A DNA stretch of 63,645 bases, filler included, from Sphacelaria rigidula (lineage: Eukaryota), in the NCBI GenBank assembly GCA_964200075.2. It is 11 parts of 11 records of this genome, joined end to end, with 100 filler letters (N's around TTAATTAATTAA, not from the genome) between each part and the next. Parts side by side here need not be neighbours in the genome. Positions count along the whole stretch, not along the records: positions 57,951 to 63,645 come from CAXNAA020025194.1; 10 more parts are not named here. One strand, 5' to 3'. How positions within the stretch are numbered: position 1 is the stretch's first letter; every line of letters starts with the position of its first letter. Under the pieces are notes generated by a model. The model searched no databases and was not told the origin of the DNA. It was given only the letters and a program-made list of their open reading frames with translations. The translations under genes were made by a program, and so were the position numbers. Shown here piece by piece: positions 63,346-63,645 of the stretch.

Positions 63346-63645
63346 CATGAATAGTATAAAATTGTGACCCAAAACACCCACAGGAAAACTCGGGAACGCC
63401 GTACTGAGTGTAAGTAATATAATATAACCAAGTTCCGACCGCCCCGCACTTGGAAACCTAGGAAGGCTTATCTGGACCGGGGATAGGGCTCCCACACGAT
63501 CTTTACAGTGGCATCACACCCGCCAACAATCCCCGCACTGGTCGTTTGGGTCTGGTCGATAAATTTCGCCTCGCCGTGATTGGGCAGGTCGCTCGAAGAC
63601 TTATTTTTAATTATTTCACTATCACAGGGTCAACCCTGTGTTAGT

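Overview
Eukaryotic, repeat-rich nuclear DNA, most likely from a brown alga (Phaeophyceae, Ectocarpus-like). This is inferred from an EsV-1-7 repeat gene, GT-AG introns of 0.4-2.7 kb and brown-algal-type secreted Cys/WSC modules. The window is not one locus: it is 11 contigs of exactly 5695 bp joined by ten 100-bp linkers (44N-TTAATTAATTAA-44N), so adjacency across linkers carries no biological meaning. Supported genes: three phase-compatible exons of RFC1; a five-exon partial secreted protein (signal peptide, His patch, 10-Cys module, WSC domain); an intronless EsV-1-7 repeat protein; and two exons of an RNI-like LRR protein. Mobile DNA: a degraded RTE-type LINE interrupted by a MITE, a degraded Ty3/gypsy pol interrupted by a short retroposon, three copies of a ~261-bp hAT MITE with 8-bp TSDs, a MITE carrying telomere-type repeats, tRNA-derived SINE families and a ~0.5-kb satellite-like family. 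I found no CRISPR array, rRNA or convincing new multi-gene system. The best leads are the EsV-1-7 gene, the phase-1 modular secreted protein and two unassigned coding-like relics.
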